Positions 9,596 to 20,015 of a stretch of 64,000 bases of DNA are shown here, in pieces. How positions within the stretch are numbered: the stretch's first letter is position 1; each line of letters starts with the position of its first letter. The notes under the pieces are model-generated. The model searched no databases and was not told where the DNA came from. It was given only the letters and a program-made list of their open reading frames with translations. The DNA comes from a virus (lineage: Duplodnaviria; Caudoviricetes), in the IMG/VR virus record IMGVR_UViG_3300033076_001341, positions 63,940 through 127,939 of that record; one strand, given 5' to 3'. A program made the translations under genes and the position numbers.

Positions 9596-10648
9596 TTAAA
9601 TTTCGTAATCATCTTGGAGAGCGTACTCATAGGGAAGGTCGAAGCGTCGGTTGTCAAAGTGCCATTGACACTCATCGAGCTTTTCTTCGAGCACCTGCAG
9701 GTTCTTTGCCATAGTTTGCTCGCTTACTTTGAATGCTTTGACCTGCATGTACGGATCTACAACGATGAAACGGAATTCAATCTTGTACCCTTTGTGTTCA
9801 ACTTCAGGAAGTCCGGAGACCAGCTTGTAGTACATCGCTGCCTGGATGTTGTAATTGTACAGATCGATGCTCTCTTTGAAACGCGTGATGTCCTTAGAGG
9901 TTGTCTTGAGGTCATTGACACGAATGACCTGGTTCTCGTGGTCGAAGACAAGGTTGTCGACGATTCCATGAATACCAAATCCAGGACGTACGTCGCTGAG
10001 ACCCAGGTGGATCTCGTTGTGTTTCTTAACGCCTTCGAAAGATTGCTGGTAAGATTCGCCCATCAGGTTCATGATGTACCCGTTTGTGCGGATCATGTGT
10101 ACCATGTTAGCGACGCTCATCATCAGTTCCTGACTCACCAGGGTTTTACCCTTGGCAGACCACATGTGGTTCCAGTACTGGTATGCCTCCGGAGTCAGCA
10201 TCTTGGCAACGCGTTTCTCCTGGTCGGTAATCTTTTGATAGTATTCCGCTTCATCCATCAGCTGCAAAATCTCTTTCTTGAGGTCTTCCAGCAAGGATTG
10301 TTCGGGTTCGTCTGCACCTTCGATGGTAAAGCTTTGCTGTTCGAATAGCATGTCCAGAACGATCTTGCCCTTACCGGACATCACGTTCTCATCTGCCAGC
10401 ACGAACTGCTCACTGAACCGCTCAGGCGTCAGTAGTTGACAATGGATAAGCCTGCCTTCCAGTCCTTTGGTGTCATCAAGTTCCCGCTGCTGCAGGATGT
10501 AATGATTGTAAAACAACGTTGGACTGTATAGCAACTTATTTAATCCGCTGTACGATAGAAAGAACTTTGAACTAAAAAATTCAGCTTCTTTCTCACGCAT
10601 CAGTCTCGCATCCGGTATCGTCACCGGGGTTTTCTTCAATAGTGCCAT
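9596..10648 (-). CDS. PD-(D/E)XK exonuclease
   Basis: LSYSGL, HGIVD, DLKTT, YNIQAAMY. Confidence 0.85.
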   Translation of the reverse strand: MALLKKTPVTIPDARLMREKEAEFFSSKFFLSYSGLNKLLYSPTLFYNHYILQQRELDDTKGLEGRLIHCQLLTPERFSEQFVLADENVMSGKGKIVLDMLFEQQSFTIEGADEPEQSLLEDLKKEILQLMDEAEYYQKITDQEKRVAKMLTPEAYQYWNHMWSAKGKTLVSQELMMSVANMVHMIRTNGYIMNLMGESYQQSFEGVKKHNEIHLGLSDVRPGFGIHGIVDNLVFDHENQVIRVNDLKTTSKDITRFKESIDLYNYNIQAAMYYKLVSGLPEVEHKGYKIEFRFIVVDPYMQVKAFKVSEQTMAKNLQVLEEKLDECQWHFDNRRFDLPYEYALQDDYEI

Positions 10649-11084
10649 TGTGTGTTAATTCTTCTAGTGTAAAATGGTTGTCGCACATATCGTCCAGGAC
10701 GGTTATGTAGACACCTGCTTGGGGTTTATTCAATGTCCAGAAGCGGTCATTGATTTTTAAAGGGACAGGGATCATCTCAAAGATGTTGTCATCTGAAATG
10801 TACCCGTGTTTGACCATCTCGTCCTGGATGGTCTGACAAGGATTGTTAAAGTCCCAGGCGTGACGGGTCGCACGTACAAAGTGCATTCCGATCACATAGG
10901 GTTTTTGTTTGCCGTGGAGCATCTTGAGAAACTCCGCTTTGTGCATCTTGAAGTACCAGGGTGTAATCTTGCGATACTTCTGTGTTGCTTTGCTGGCAAT
11001 AAATCCGTTGTTCTTGGTCATCATCCGGCTGTTCTTCGACGAAGGAACACTTCCGGGTATAAACAGTAGTTTCATAGTTGTCAC
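10593..11084 (-). CDS. RusA-like Holliday junction resolvase
   Basis: GSVPSSKN, D.NN, D..VKHGYISDDN. Confidence 0.65.
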   Translation of the reverse strand: MTTMKLLFIPGSVPSSKNSRMMTKNNGFIASKATQKYRKITPWYFKMHKAEFLKMLHGKQKPYVIGMHFVRATRHAWDFNNPCQTIQDEMVKHGYISDDNIFEMIPVPLKINDRFWTLNKPQAGVYITVLDDMCDNHFTLEELTHNGTIEENPGDDTGCETDA

Positions 11085-12094
11085 ACTTGGGATAAAGCTT
11101 CGGTGCGACTGGCACGAAGGTTTTCAATTTGACGCATGATGATCGGCGCTACCGTGTTGCGGACTTTCATGGGTCCGTGAACCTTTACGGCATCAGCAAG
11201 GTCCTTCTCCATTTGCAACCAGGCAAAGGGGAGCTGATACTTGTCGCGGTATGCTTTCATGTTCTTGATGCCGGCAGCATCGTTGTCAAAAAGGGTAATG
11301 ACGGCTTCATAACTTTCCTTCCAGATGTCAATGACTTCCGGGGAGATCATTACGTTCTCGCTGTCAGGAGCAACCACGTCCAGTTCCATCTTCATGGAGC
11401 GCAGACACATCGCGTCCTTGAGGGAAGCGCAGATAACCAGGTAAGGTTTCTTGTACGTCATCTGATCAGAACCCTGCAGGTAGTCTTCCACTTTGAAAAA
11501 CTTGCGGTCCGGGTTCATGGGTTGATAGATCTTGCGGAGCTGTCCATCGGCGGAATAATAGCCGTAGATGTGCTTGGCAGATACGGTAAATGAGGAGACG
11601 TCTCCGTCTTCATTCTTTGTCATGTTGTAGCTGGCAATAGGAACCACTCGGTAGTGTTCCAACATATTGCTACTGATTTTGTACTGTCCCCAATACCACG
11701 CATCGTCGGTGTTCCAGGTGCGGGTCCGGATGTGATCAAATTGCCAGCGTGCTGCTGGTTTGATCTCCCGGTCTCCCTGTCCACCCTTCATCTTGAAGGC
11801 AGCGTAGTCACTGAGTACTCGCTGAGCGGCACGACCGAAGTCCAGGTTCCAAAGCTTCATGACCAGATCCATCGCACTGCCTTTGTTCCCACTGGAGAAA
11901 TCCTGAAACCAGTACTGGTTCAGCTTCAGTGAAAAGAAAATGTTCATGCTGGGATTAGAGTCCTTAGGGTTGAAGACCGACTTGATTTTGACACTCTGCC
12001 CGGTAAGGGTTTCACCAAGTCCCAGGTAGTGCTCGAAGATCCAGGCACTTGGGACGTCTTTGACGGAATCAGATAAATCTTTGCTGCAAAACAT
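11081..12094 (-). CDS. DNA primase (TOPRIM)
   Basis: SLKDAM, APDSE, FDNDAAG, KDLAD; probable start MFCSK. Confidence 0.85.
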   Translation of the reverse strand: MFCSKDLSDSVKDVPSAWIFEHYLGLGETLTGQSVKIKSVFNPKDSNPSMNIFFSLKLNQYWFQDFSSGNKGSAMDLVMKLWNLDFGRAAQRVLSDYAAFKMKGGQGDREIKPAARWQFDHIRTRTWNTDDAWYWGQYKISSNMLEHYRVVPIASYNMTKNEDGDVSSFTVSAKHIYGYYSADGQLRKIYQPMNPDRKFFKVEDYLQGSDQMTYKKPYLVICASLKDAMCLRSMKMELDVVAPDSENVMISPEVIDIWKESYEAVITLFDNDAAGIKNMKAYRDKYQLPFAWLQMEKDLADAVKVHGPMKVRNTVAPIIMRQIENLRASRTEALSQV

Positions 12095-12142
12095 ACGAAG
12101 AAAAAAAAGCAGGGATGGTATTAGCACCCCTGCTTGTATTGA

Positions 12143-12880
12143 TTAGAGATCCAGATCCGAAGCAAACGGGTTAGCAACACTTGGTGCAACAGCAGGCGTT
12201 GCTGCCATGCTTGGAGATGCACCAAATCCATCGTCACTACCGCTACCAAAACCGGCTACAGCTTCAGCAACTTTCTTCTTCTTGATGTGCAATTCAGGAT
12301 TAAACATGACGAAGTTTGGATCTTCGCTGTTCAAGCTGAATGCTGTCTCACGACCTTTGGTTTTAGGGATCACCAAACGGTAGCTGGTGTACACCTTACC
12401 ATCAGAAGCAACATTGTCATACTCCTCACCACCGATGGTAGCAAAGAACCAGTTGTTGCGATCACACAAAACCACCTTGGCTTTCTCTACGTACTCCTCG
12501 ATAGAGCTGGCGTTTACTTTGTCCAGCATCTCACGCTTGCCAATGTTGTCAGCAAGTTTGATGAGGTAGCGGAACACCTGCTGCTCCTTGGGAGTCACGT
12601 TGCCGTTGTACTCGTAATCGGTGAACAAATACGGCTGCGACTTCACACGTGCTGCCTGACCAGAGTAATTACCTCTGCTTGGGTCATTCTTGTCAATTTG
12701 CAATCCCACAAATCCTTCTTCAAGAATCGGAGAAGTTTCTAACTGCAGGTGCAATTGGTATGCTCCGTTACCGAAGCTAGGTTGCTCAAGGATTAAATCC
12801 AGCAAATGAACTTTAACGGTTCCTGGGTTGATTACTTTGGCGATTCCGCCAGTGGTCTTAACGTCTTTTGAATTAAACAT
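12143..12880 (-). CDS. putative ssDNA-binding protein
   Basis: Beta-rich core, flexible tail ending DLDL, between primase and AAA ATPase. Confidence 0.5.
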   Translation of the reverse strand: MFNSKDVKTTGGIAKVINPGTVKVHLLDLILEQPSFGNGAYQLHLQLETSPILEEGFVGLQIDKNDPSRGNYSGQAARVKSQPYLFTDYEYNGNVTPKEQQVFRYLIKLADNIGKREMLDKVNASSIEEYVEKAKVVLCDRNNWFFATIGGEEYDNVASDGKVYTSYRLVIPKTKGRETAFSLNSEDPNFVMFNPELHIKKKKVAEAVAGFGSGSDDGFGASPSMAATPAVAPSVANPFASDLDL

Positions 12881-12901
12881 GGTTGTTATTAATTAGGTGG
12901 T

Positions 12902-13744
12902 TTATTTTGATAATTCTACATAAATGGTTTCCCAGAAAGTTTTCAGACCTTCTTCGGTCATCTCAGAGATTACAATCTCTTTATTACGCAAGTGCTCGGG
13001 ACGTGCACCGCATGATACTTCGTCAGTGGTTTTGAATGAAAGGATGTTTTGATCACCCTTACGATAGAGGTATCCGATTGCATCGGAGTTCGAAGAACTG
13101 ATACGCTTCAGTTTACCCGTCAGGTCAAGATCCATGGCAGTAAACTCTGCACCGTTCTTCTCCAGGAGGGTATCTTTGATGTGACCAACCAAGATCACGT
13201 GCGGCGCAAGGGTCTTCACATAGTCAATCACCTTGGTAAATGCCTGACGCAACCAGGGATAACCGGCACCGTTAGGAAGATTCAGGATGTTGCCATACTT
13301 GGGTTTACCCTCAACCGCCCAGTTCTTACCCATAGGAGTAGCACTGTAGAGTTGCTCAGCAAAAGGAATACACATTTCTTCCAATGCGGTGATGGTATCC
13401 ACTGCAATAAAAGAATACGGATTACCCGCTGCTTTGATCTCGCGACCGATCTCACGGATATCGTCAATCGAAGATGCTTTGATCTTCAATGCGTCTACGT
13501 AATCAGTACCTGATTCCAAATCCAGGATCAGACAGTTTGGTAGTTGTGCCAGCAAGCTGGTCTTACCCACTTTGGGTTTAGCGAAAATGATCAGGTTCTT
13601 GGGTGACTGTCTCACGGCTTTTACGGGAGCTGTTGGTAGGACAAACTTCTTTGCTGCCGGCGTCTCAATTGCCGGTACGGCTGCTGCGGGTGTTGCAGGT
13701 GTTGCAGTCGTCTTTGCGGTTGATTTTATTTCTGTTGTTGCCAT
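12902..13744 (-). CDS. AAA_24/Sak4-like ATPase
   Basis: AKPKVGKT, LDLESG, IAVDT, GAGY. Confidence 0.85.
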   Translation of the reverse strand: MATTEIKSTAKTTATPATPAAAVPAIETPAAKKFVLPTAPVKAVRQSPKNLIIFAKPKVGKTSLLAQLPNCLILDLESGTDYVDALKIKASSIDDIREIGREIKAAGNPYSFIAVDTITALEEMCIPFAEQLYSATPMGKNWAVEGKPKYGNILNLPNGAGYPWLRQAFTKVIDYVKTLAPHVILVGHIKDTLLEKNGAEFTAMDLDLTGKLKRISSSNSDAIGYLYRKGDQNILSFKTTDEVSCGARPEHLRNKEIVISEMTEEGLKTFWETIYVELSK

Positions 13745-14328
13745 TTTTGTCCTTCTTTAATTAGGTTGTTTAACCATGATTTTTGGGAAAGCGGTACGTT
13801 GTGCGTAATGCAGTAGTAATCGCGAAGTGTCATTGTGTTGTAGTGAGCATCCACATCACCAATTTCCTGTTCCTCACTGTCAAACGTCAGTTCACTGGGA
13901 ACTGCTTCTGTTGAAGAAGAGAGGCGGGGGGTATCCCAAGGAGCGGGTGTGGAGGGAATGGCAGCACCGAGATCCACTACAAGATTCAGTGCGCTGAACG
14001 GTACGATGAAGCTCATCCCGGAGGCGCCTTCAATCGATTCATAAGCGGTGTTAAAGTCACCACGGTGGGTCAGTTTGTACAATCGTCGCGGTGTATACAG
14101 CGGCGTGTACTCAAAGTCTACCAGCTCGATGTAAACATCACCGCGCGTCAGTTCACTGGGGAACATGCGGATGATGCGTTCGATTTTGTCTTTGGGTTTG
14201 TAACAAACCTTCTGGACATGGTAGGGTTTTACTACACCAAGTTTGGCGTAGGTGTCGCTGAAGAGTTTTTCACTCTCCGACAACAGCGATTGACGTAACT
14301 CGGGAGTTACTGTTTTTGTTGTGCTCAT
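13726..14328 (-). CDS. hypothetical protein
   Basis: 200-aa ORF; C-terminal MTLRDY motif. Confidence 0.7.
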   Translation of the reverse strand: MSTTKTVTPELRQSLLSESEKLFSDTYAKLGVVKPYHVQKVCYKPKDKIERIIRMFPSELTRGDVYIELVDFEYTPLYTPRRLYKLTHRGDFNTAYESIEGASGMSFIVPFSALNLVVDLGAAIPSTPAPWDTPRLSSSTEAVPSELTFDSEEQEIGDVDAHYNTMTLRDYYCITHNVPLSQKSWLNNLIKEGQKWQQQK

Positions 14329-14337
14329 TTAGATTAC

Positions 14338-15327
14338 TTACTTAGAAGAAAATGTTGCTTTGCCTTTGCACGGAGGGGGTTCTGTTTCCACAATCCTCAT
14401 TTTGTCAAATTGCGCTTCAAAGAAGCTCATTCGAGGGTCACCGTTACGAACTTTCAGAAAGTGCATCACAAGCGTGTTGGGCGTCATGATGTACTGGTCC
14501 GGACCATAAACAGGCAGGTGCAACTTGTAGGGACGGTTCAGTCCGATTACCATGTCTGCGTGCTGTAGCATCGCATCGGCACCGAAGATGTCCGTGTCCT
14601 TTACATAGTTGCCGGCGGTTCCTTCCTTCAAGCGGTCCTTGTCTTGGATGTCGCGGTTAAGCTGAGAGAGCACAATGAAAGTCACTGGCAGCTCTTTCTT
14701 TAGTTCAGTGAGCGCTTCACCTAAATTGTAAAGCATCTCGAATTTGTCTTTCTCCGAAGCATTCTTACGGAAGAGTACCGAGTGGTCAATGGTGACCATC
14801 ACGGGTTTGCCAATGTGTTTGCAGAAGTTGCGGACAGTTCGTTTGAACTCATCTACGGTAACAGGTTTGTCAACCACATAGATCTGACGATTTTCATTGG
14901 CTTTGCAATAGTTGTAAGCAGCCATGATGTCTTCGTTCAAGACAGGACCGTAGATTTTGTCAGCACTGGCGATTTGTTTCATACTCTTACCCAGGTGTGC
15001 ACTAAATTCTCGCATCGCCATGGTTCGACCCAGCATCTCGAACTGAAAGTCCAGGACGGCAAAGTCTTGCGTAGGATTGCGATAGTGCGCCTCGCGGGTA
15101 ATCTGTGAAGTCAAAAGTGTCTTGCCGGCAGCAGGTCTCGCAGCGATCACCGTAATGGTGTTCCACTCGATGCCTCCCATACCAGCGTCATTAAATCGTT
15201 CCCAAGGAGTTTCAATTGAACGAATGATTCCCTTCTTACGGTTCACCATGTAATCCAAACCCTCTTGGTACACCTGGGATATATGCTTCCAGGGATACGC
15301 TCCACCGATCAATTTACCGTCGCTCAT
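14338..15327 (-). CDS. dnaB: DnaB-like replicative helicase
   Basis: ARPAAGKT, FEM, IDH, LSQLNR, KVRNG. Confidence 0.92.
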   Translation of the reverse strand: MSDGKLIGGAYPWKHISQVYQEGLDYMVNRKKGIIRSIETPWERFNDAGMGGIEWNTITVIAARPAAGKTLLTSQITREAHYRNPTQDFAVLDFQFEMLGRTMAMREFSAHLGKSMKQIASADKIYGPVLNEDIMAAYNYCKANENRQIYVVDKPVTVDEFKRTVRNFCKHIGKPVMVTIDHSVLFRKNASEKDKFEMLYNLGEALTELKKELPVTFIVLSQLNRDIQDKDRLKEGTAGNYVKDTDIFGADAMLQHADMVIGLNRPYKLHLPVYGPDQYIMTPNTLVMHFLKVRNGDPRMSFFEAQFDKMRIVETEPPPCKGKATFSSK

Positions 15328-15387
15328 ATTTTATTGGGGCGGTAAATTTACTAAGTTCTACAAAATTTTCCAACACTTCTGTAGAAT

Positions 15388-16131
15388 TTACCATATTACT
15401 TGCTCACCATAAATCTGGTCAAGTAGTACGTTTATTTGGTTGAACATGTCCTTGCAATCCCATTGCTTTTGCTTGGCATAAGCAGCGCTTGCAGGGTGTG
15501 AAACGAATAATTTGTGATGTGCAATGTCCGGAACAAGATCCGCATATTGCTGTGCTGCTTTTCCAAGGAACGCCCAGATGAGCGCTGAATTGGAATTAGC
15601 AATGACGTCAATGACATGCTGCGTAAATGGTTTCCAAAGCTCCTGGTGCACACCGATTTTACCAACTTCAGTAGTCAGTGCGGTGTTTAACATCAGGATA
15701 CCTTGTTTGGACCACCGGCTGAGGTCATTGGTCAAAGCGTACTCCTCATCGCTGTTGTAGACGGTTCGGTACACTGCTTCCGTGATATAGCGAAGCGATG
15801 CTTCCATCTTGTTATCGGGTTTGTTGGCGTTGCAAAAAGCAATACCGTTGGCGATACCAATTTGCGGATAAGGGTCCTGACCAATGATGATCACCTTGAC
15901 CTCATTAACAGGAGTCAGTTCGAATGCGCGAAACAAATCTTTGATTACTGGTGTGAACCTTTTCTCCTCAACGGAGTTGTTGACAAGGGTGTAAATGATT
16001 TTGTGAAACTCCTGTGAGGTAAGTAACCCGTGGAGGCGATTGTACCAACCGGAGGGTTTCAAACGCTCCTGGAGCTTGTGAACAATCTCATCAGTTTTTT
16101 GTAGAATTTCTGTAGATAGGATGGTTGTCAT
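15388..16131 (-). CDS. ung: uracil-DNA glycosylase (family 1)
   Basis: VIIIGQDPYP, GILMLNTALT, SHPAS. Confidence 0.92.
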   Translation of the reverse strand: MTTILSTEILQKTDEIVHKLQERLKPSGWYNRLHGLLTSQEFHKIIYTLVNNSVEEKRFTPVIKDLFRAFELTPVNEVKVIIIGQDPYPQIGIANGIAFCNANKPDNKMEASLRYITEAVYRTVYNSDEEYALTNDLSRWSKQGILMLNTALTTEVGKIGVHQELWKPFTQHVIDVIANSNSALIWAFLGKAAQQYADLVPDIAHHKLFVSHPASAAYAKQKQWDCKDMFNQINVLLDQIYGEQVIW

Positions 16132-16170
16132 TATGTTAAAGCATTATATTTGAAGCTTGTAAAAAATCCA

Positions 16171-16485
16171 ATGGAAAACACGCAACCCCAAACCGTGGAA
16201 ATGATACGCAAGGATGCGATCATTCCAATTGAAATTGGTGCAGGTTTTTATGCGCGATTGCAACAGTTGCTTGCCTTCATGGTTGAAGACAAAACCGATG
16301 AAGAAATCAAAGAGATGCAGCAGGCGTTGAACAGTGATACCGTGAATGCAAATTCTTGGCATTACCATTACAACACCACGCTCTCTCTGTGTCAGGCACT
16401 TGACAAGCAAGCGCAGGAACTTAAACTTACCGTTACCGTACCAATGGACAGCTTGATCTCCCAGATGGATGATCAGGCTAACTGA
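16171..16485 (+). CDS. hypothetical protein, lone + strand gene
   Basis: ATG at 16171 with a TATATTTG -7 box at 16145-16152. Confidence 0.6.
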   Translation: MENTQPQTVEMIRKDAIIPIEIGAGFYARLQQLLAFMVEDKTDEEIKEMQQALNSDTVNANSWHYHYNTTLSLCQALDKQAQELKLTVTVPMDSLISQMDDQAN

Positions 16486-16862
16486 CAATTAAATAACTCT
16501 CCCAGGTGGATGCACGCATCAATCGCTTGGGAGAGTTCTTGTCTGGAACAGTAAGCAAAACTTTTAAGTTCGTAGATTTCTTTCTCGTCTTCGACTTTGT
16601 GAACCACCAAACCAGTGCGTTCTTTTACCATTGACTTTAACTCTTCAAACCCATGACCGGTGTATGCACTTAGCTCACGCAGCATAGCGTGTATTCGTGC
16701 AATTTGTGCTACCGTGGCATTGTTACCACGGATTTCGGTGAACTCTTCGACAATGTCCCCTTCTTTGAGGTTGGAGAGAAAACGTTGATAACGGACCTGG
16801 TCTGCAGCGCTTGCAAACTCAAGCTTGCCATTCACCATCTTTCGCTTGATGATTGAATACAT
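16473..16862 (-). CDS. hypothetical protein (NinB-like)
   Basis: Q...IHAMLRELSAYTGH..EELK, KSF...S..ELSQ.ID. Confidence 0.55.
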   Translation of the reverse strand: MYSIIKRKMVNGKLEFASAADQVRYQRFLSNLKEGDIVEEFTEIRGNNATVAQIARIHAMLRELSAYTGHGFEELKSMVKERTGLVVHKVEDEKEIYELKSFAYCSRQELSQAIDACIHLGELFNCQLA

Positions 16863-16864
16863 TC

Positions 16865-17986
16865 TTAGAATTGAATAGGGTCGCTGAAAATAATCTTGGC
16901 GGAATCAAGTTCACCCAGCGCTTGCATTACCCAGTGTTCATCTACGGTACCTGCATACATGAGCAGGTGCACGGTAGCTGTTTCATTGGGGTTCAAACGC
17001 AGGAAACGACCAATGCGTTGATTGGTCTTGCGTTCGTTGCTGTAAGCGTGCATGATTAAACCACTACGAAGATTGGGGATGTTTACTCCCTCGTTCAATT
17101 GCTGTACGCAACTGAGTTTGTCAATAAGACCGTTTTTGAAAGCGGTGAGATTCTCTGCACTCAGCGGGTTGGAACTATGAAAGGAATGATTGCACAGACG
17201 ATCAGCCTGTTCCTGAGTGTTAGCAAAGATCAGACACTTGTTGTGAATGTTCTCCAGCAGATTCTTTGCATAGCGTTCCTTGGTTTTGAAATCCATCAGA
17301 ACCCGCATGCGCATGATACGTGCGTGCTGCATCTCCTGGAAGCTACCGCCATCTGCAATCTTTCGATCCCAGTAGTCATACTGTTCACGCTCCGAAGTCA
17401 TCCAGCTCTTGCCGGACTTGGTAGAGATGAGCACATCTTTCTTCTTGGAGAGTTCCATGGTATGAATAATGATCTTGTAATTGTTTAAGATCCCGTCGTC
17501 TACCGCATCATCGGTGATGTAGGTATAGACCATGGGACAAAACATATTGACCATCTCCCCTTTTTCGCTGTTGGCATGACGGGGTGGTGTACCAGTCAGT
17601 CCGAGGATCTTACCCCAGAAGGTTTGTAACCAGAACTGATGAGAGTACAGTAAACTGTGACACTCATCCAGGTAGGCAACCGCGTAGGATTGCTTTTGTT
17701 TTTCTAAAGAGCGGTACGTACTGAAGGTGATTACCTCCAGCAGCTCATCAAGTCCAAACTTCACTGCGTCGTCTTTCCAGGATTGAAAGATCGAAACCTT
17801 GGGAGCGACCACAAGAAATTCAGCACCTGGATGTTCGTCCAGATGCTGTTTCATGTGTCTCAGTCCTATTAAGGTTTTACCGACGCCCATGCTGACGCTC
17901 AGACCTGCCCGGTGACGCAGTGCTACAGCCTGGAGTGCTTCCTGCTGTACCTTGTCCCGAACCTCGGTTTGTAATTCGGTTGTCAT
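16865..17986 (-). CDS. superfamily 2 helicase
   Basis: MGVGKT, DECH, GLTGT, LNEGVNIP, QRIGR. Confidence 0.9.
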   Translation of the reverse strand: MTTELQTEVRDKVQQEALQAVALRHRAGLSVSMGVGKTLIGLRHMKQHLDEHPGAEFLVVAPKVSIFQSWKDDAVKFGLDELLEVITFSTYRSLEKQKQSYAVAYLDECHSLLYSHQFWLQTFWGKILGLTGTPPRHANSEKGEMVNMFCPMVYTYITDDAVDDGILNNYKIIIHTMELSKKKDVLISTKSGKSWMTSEREQYDYWDRKIADGGSFQEMQHARIMRMRVLMDFKTKERYAKNLLENIHNKCLIFANTQEQADRLCNHSFHSSNPLSAENLTAFKNGLIDKLSCVQQLNEGVNIPNLRSGLIMHAYSNERKTNQRIGRFLRLNPNETATVHLLMYAGTVDEHWVMQALGELDSAKIIFSDPIQF

Positions 17987-18001
17987 GCGCTCGATTTTAA
18001 T

Positions 18002-18211
18002 TTACACCTTGGGTTTGCGCCCGGTTTTCACGCGCTGCGCTCGTTCTGAAGGGTGCATCTCCATAATTTTGTCATACCACTTCATGTTCAGAAACACGCG
18101 GGCAGCCGTACGTTGAATGAATGATGGTTTCTTGGGGAGGCGGATGGTCATGATGTCAATCTTACCATGCACGTTAGTGACCTCCATTTCGTAAAATCCT
18201 ACGTAAGTCAT
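18002..18211 (-). CDS. hypothetical protein
   Basis: Probable start MTYVG; ORF track 18002..18301. Confidence 0.5.
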   Translation of the reverse strand: MTYVGFYEMEVTNVHGKIDIMTIRLPKKPSFIQRTAARVFLNMKWYDKIMEMHPSERAQRVKTGRKPKV

Positions 18212-18227
18212 GTTGTTGTTAGGTTGT

Positions 18228-18623
18228 TTAATTAAGGTTGGATAAATAGTGTTCGCATCGCTCTTTCCAATCATCAGATAGGGAGTCAATAGCGGGTACA
18301 CGGGTTAATTCGTTGATGTCAGAGAGTTCAACTTCATCGTCATCAAGATGCCACAGCACATGAGGAGTATGTTTGAACGTCTCGTATTTTGCTTCCATGT
18401 TCGTAAAATGAACACGGCGATGGGGGATTCCCAGTTTGTCAATGATCTCCCACAAATCTTCGTTGTGTGGTGAGGTAGTCCAGCGATGCTTCTGCAATTC
18501 ACTGAACCTGGCTGTGACAACATGCACGTTGAAACCACGTTTAAGTAGTTCAGCAGCGTACTCCTGAACTTCAGGTCTGCTTAGTGTCTTGTCAAAGTCA
18601 AAGGATACAGTTCTTGATTCCAT
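18228..18623 (-). CDS. HAD-superfamily hydrolase
   Basis: FDFDKT, VTAR, K, HLDD. Confidence 0.8.
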   Translation of the reverse strand: MESRTVSFDFDKTLSRPEVQEYAAELLKRGFNVHVVTARFSELQKHRWTTSPHNEDLWEIIDKLGIPHRRVHFTNMEAKYETFKHTPHVLWHLDDDEVELSDINELTRVPAIDSLSDDWKERCEHYLSNLN

Positions 18624-18625
18624 AA

Positions 18626-19045
18626 TTAGATGCGGGTCTCGGAATAACCCAGTGCTTTCGCTTCTTCAGGATGTGTCTCCACATACATGTGACAGTGAAT
18701 GCACAGTGCTTTCCAGGTAGTCGTATCAAGCAGGTACTTTCCACGACCTTTAGAATGGTGAATGGTCAGCTCTTCAGAGCAGCCGGTACACTCGGGGACA
18801 AGTCTTGCACGACAACACTTATTTCCCGAACGGGAAAGAAACTCCTTGCGTGCAATTGCATACACGACATTGAGCTTCGACTGTTTGTCGGACACTTGTT
18901 TGATGGGAGTGCGTTTGGTCAGAGTGGTTGTGCTGGTTGGCTTTACGAGAGACCAACAGGTTTTGCAGTAACGAGTTCCCCGATCATTTTTCCAGATGGG
19001 TTTGATTTCGTTGCAGTGAGCACAGAGTTTTGGTTTAGCAAGCAT
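18626..19045 (-). CDS. Zn-binding HNH-like nuclease
   Basis: CxxC pairs, IHH..GRG, LCIHCH. Confidence 0.65.
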   Translation of the reverse strand: MLAKPKLCAHCNEIKPIWKNDRGTRYCKTCWSLVKPTSTTTLTKRTPIKQVSDKQSKLNVVYAIARKEFLSRSGNKCCRARLVPECTGCSEELTIHHSKGRGKYLLDTTTWKALCIHCHMYVETHPEEAKALGYSETRI

Positions 19046-19098
19046 AGACAGCTGGTCATAAATGACCACTACGGATAAGGGTGATACGGCTGTAAGTG

Positions 19099-19365
19099 TT
19101 ATTCGTCTTCGAACAGATCAATCTCTTCGTCGGCGGGGTCGATGACTTCCAAATCGGAAACATCGTCTACACCGAGTTCTTCGAGGTCTTCGTCTGAGAG
19201 CACGGTAGGTTGCTCACCGAGAGATAATACGGATGAGTGGAAAGGGTCCTCAAAATGTTCACCCCAGTTGATAGCCAGGAGATATTCGAAGTCTTCATCG
19301 GTCATTCGTAAGTATGTCTCTATCGAAACTTCAATACACTTACCGTTTGGTAAACTGACTATCAT
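19099..19365 (-). CDS. acidic hypothetical protein
   Basis: 88-aa ORF. Confidence 0.65.
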   Translation of the reverse strand: MIVSLPNGKCIEVSIETYLRMTDEDFEYLLAINWGEHFEDPFHSSVLSLGEQPTVLSDEDLEELGVDDVSDLEVIDPADEEIDLFEDE

Positions 19366-19515
19366 TACAATTAATGATGCAAATTACCAAATTTTGTAGA
19401 TCAAATATACAACAGTTCTACAAATTAAAACACTATATCGCTATCAGGAAATAAAAAAACCGGTCACTACGAGAGCAACCGGCTTACACCAATACAGTAG
19501 ACACTGTATTATATC

Positions 19516-19863
19516 TTAGTAGATGGTGATCACGTCACCGTCGATGGAAAAGTTTGCAGTAGATTTGGCGATCTGGATTGTTACTCCTTTGACAACCAGT
19601 ATAACAAATTTGCTGTCATCAGGTTTTTCGACAGACGACGGTGTCATAGGTACATTATTAACGGCTAGTGCATTAACACCAACCGGACGTTTACCGCGCA
19701 AGTTGGTGAGAACTATTCCTTCGTCTTTCATTTTCTTTTTAAAGTTGTGAACGCTTGAGATTGCAATGCCGAAATACTTGCTGATGTCTTCAGGTGTTAC
19801 ACCTTGCAGCACCATTCCTTGCAACTTTTCCTTTTCTTCAGGAGTCAACCGTTTTTGATTCAT
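19516..19863 (-). CDS. HTH DNA-binding protein
   Basis: LQGVTPEDISKYFGIAISSVHNFKK helix-turn-helix; directly downstream of the integrase. Confidence 0.7.
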   Translation of the reverse strand: MNQKRLTPEEKEKLQGMVLQGVTPEDISKYFGIAISSVHNFKKKMKDEGIVLTNLRGKRPVGVNALAVNNVPMTPSSVEKPDDSKFVILVVKGVTIQIAKSTANFSIDGDVITIY

Positions 19864-20015
19864 GCGTACTGATTGGGTTATTGTATTATTGATTTTTGTC
19901 AAGCAATTTAGAAAAATTTGTCAAATATTCGTTGTGCTCTTGTAGAGTATTAATAAAAACACACAATATTGTTGAATTTATAGAATTGTATTGACTTATC
20001 AATCAAGTGTTAATG

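Noticed and set aside
9482-10348. Long antisense ORFs (e.g. 9482+, 5828+, 52684-, 58089-, 62134-)
   Set aside because: Shadows of well-supported genes on the opposite strand, with no recognisable motifs
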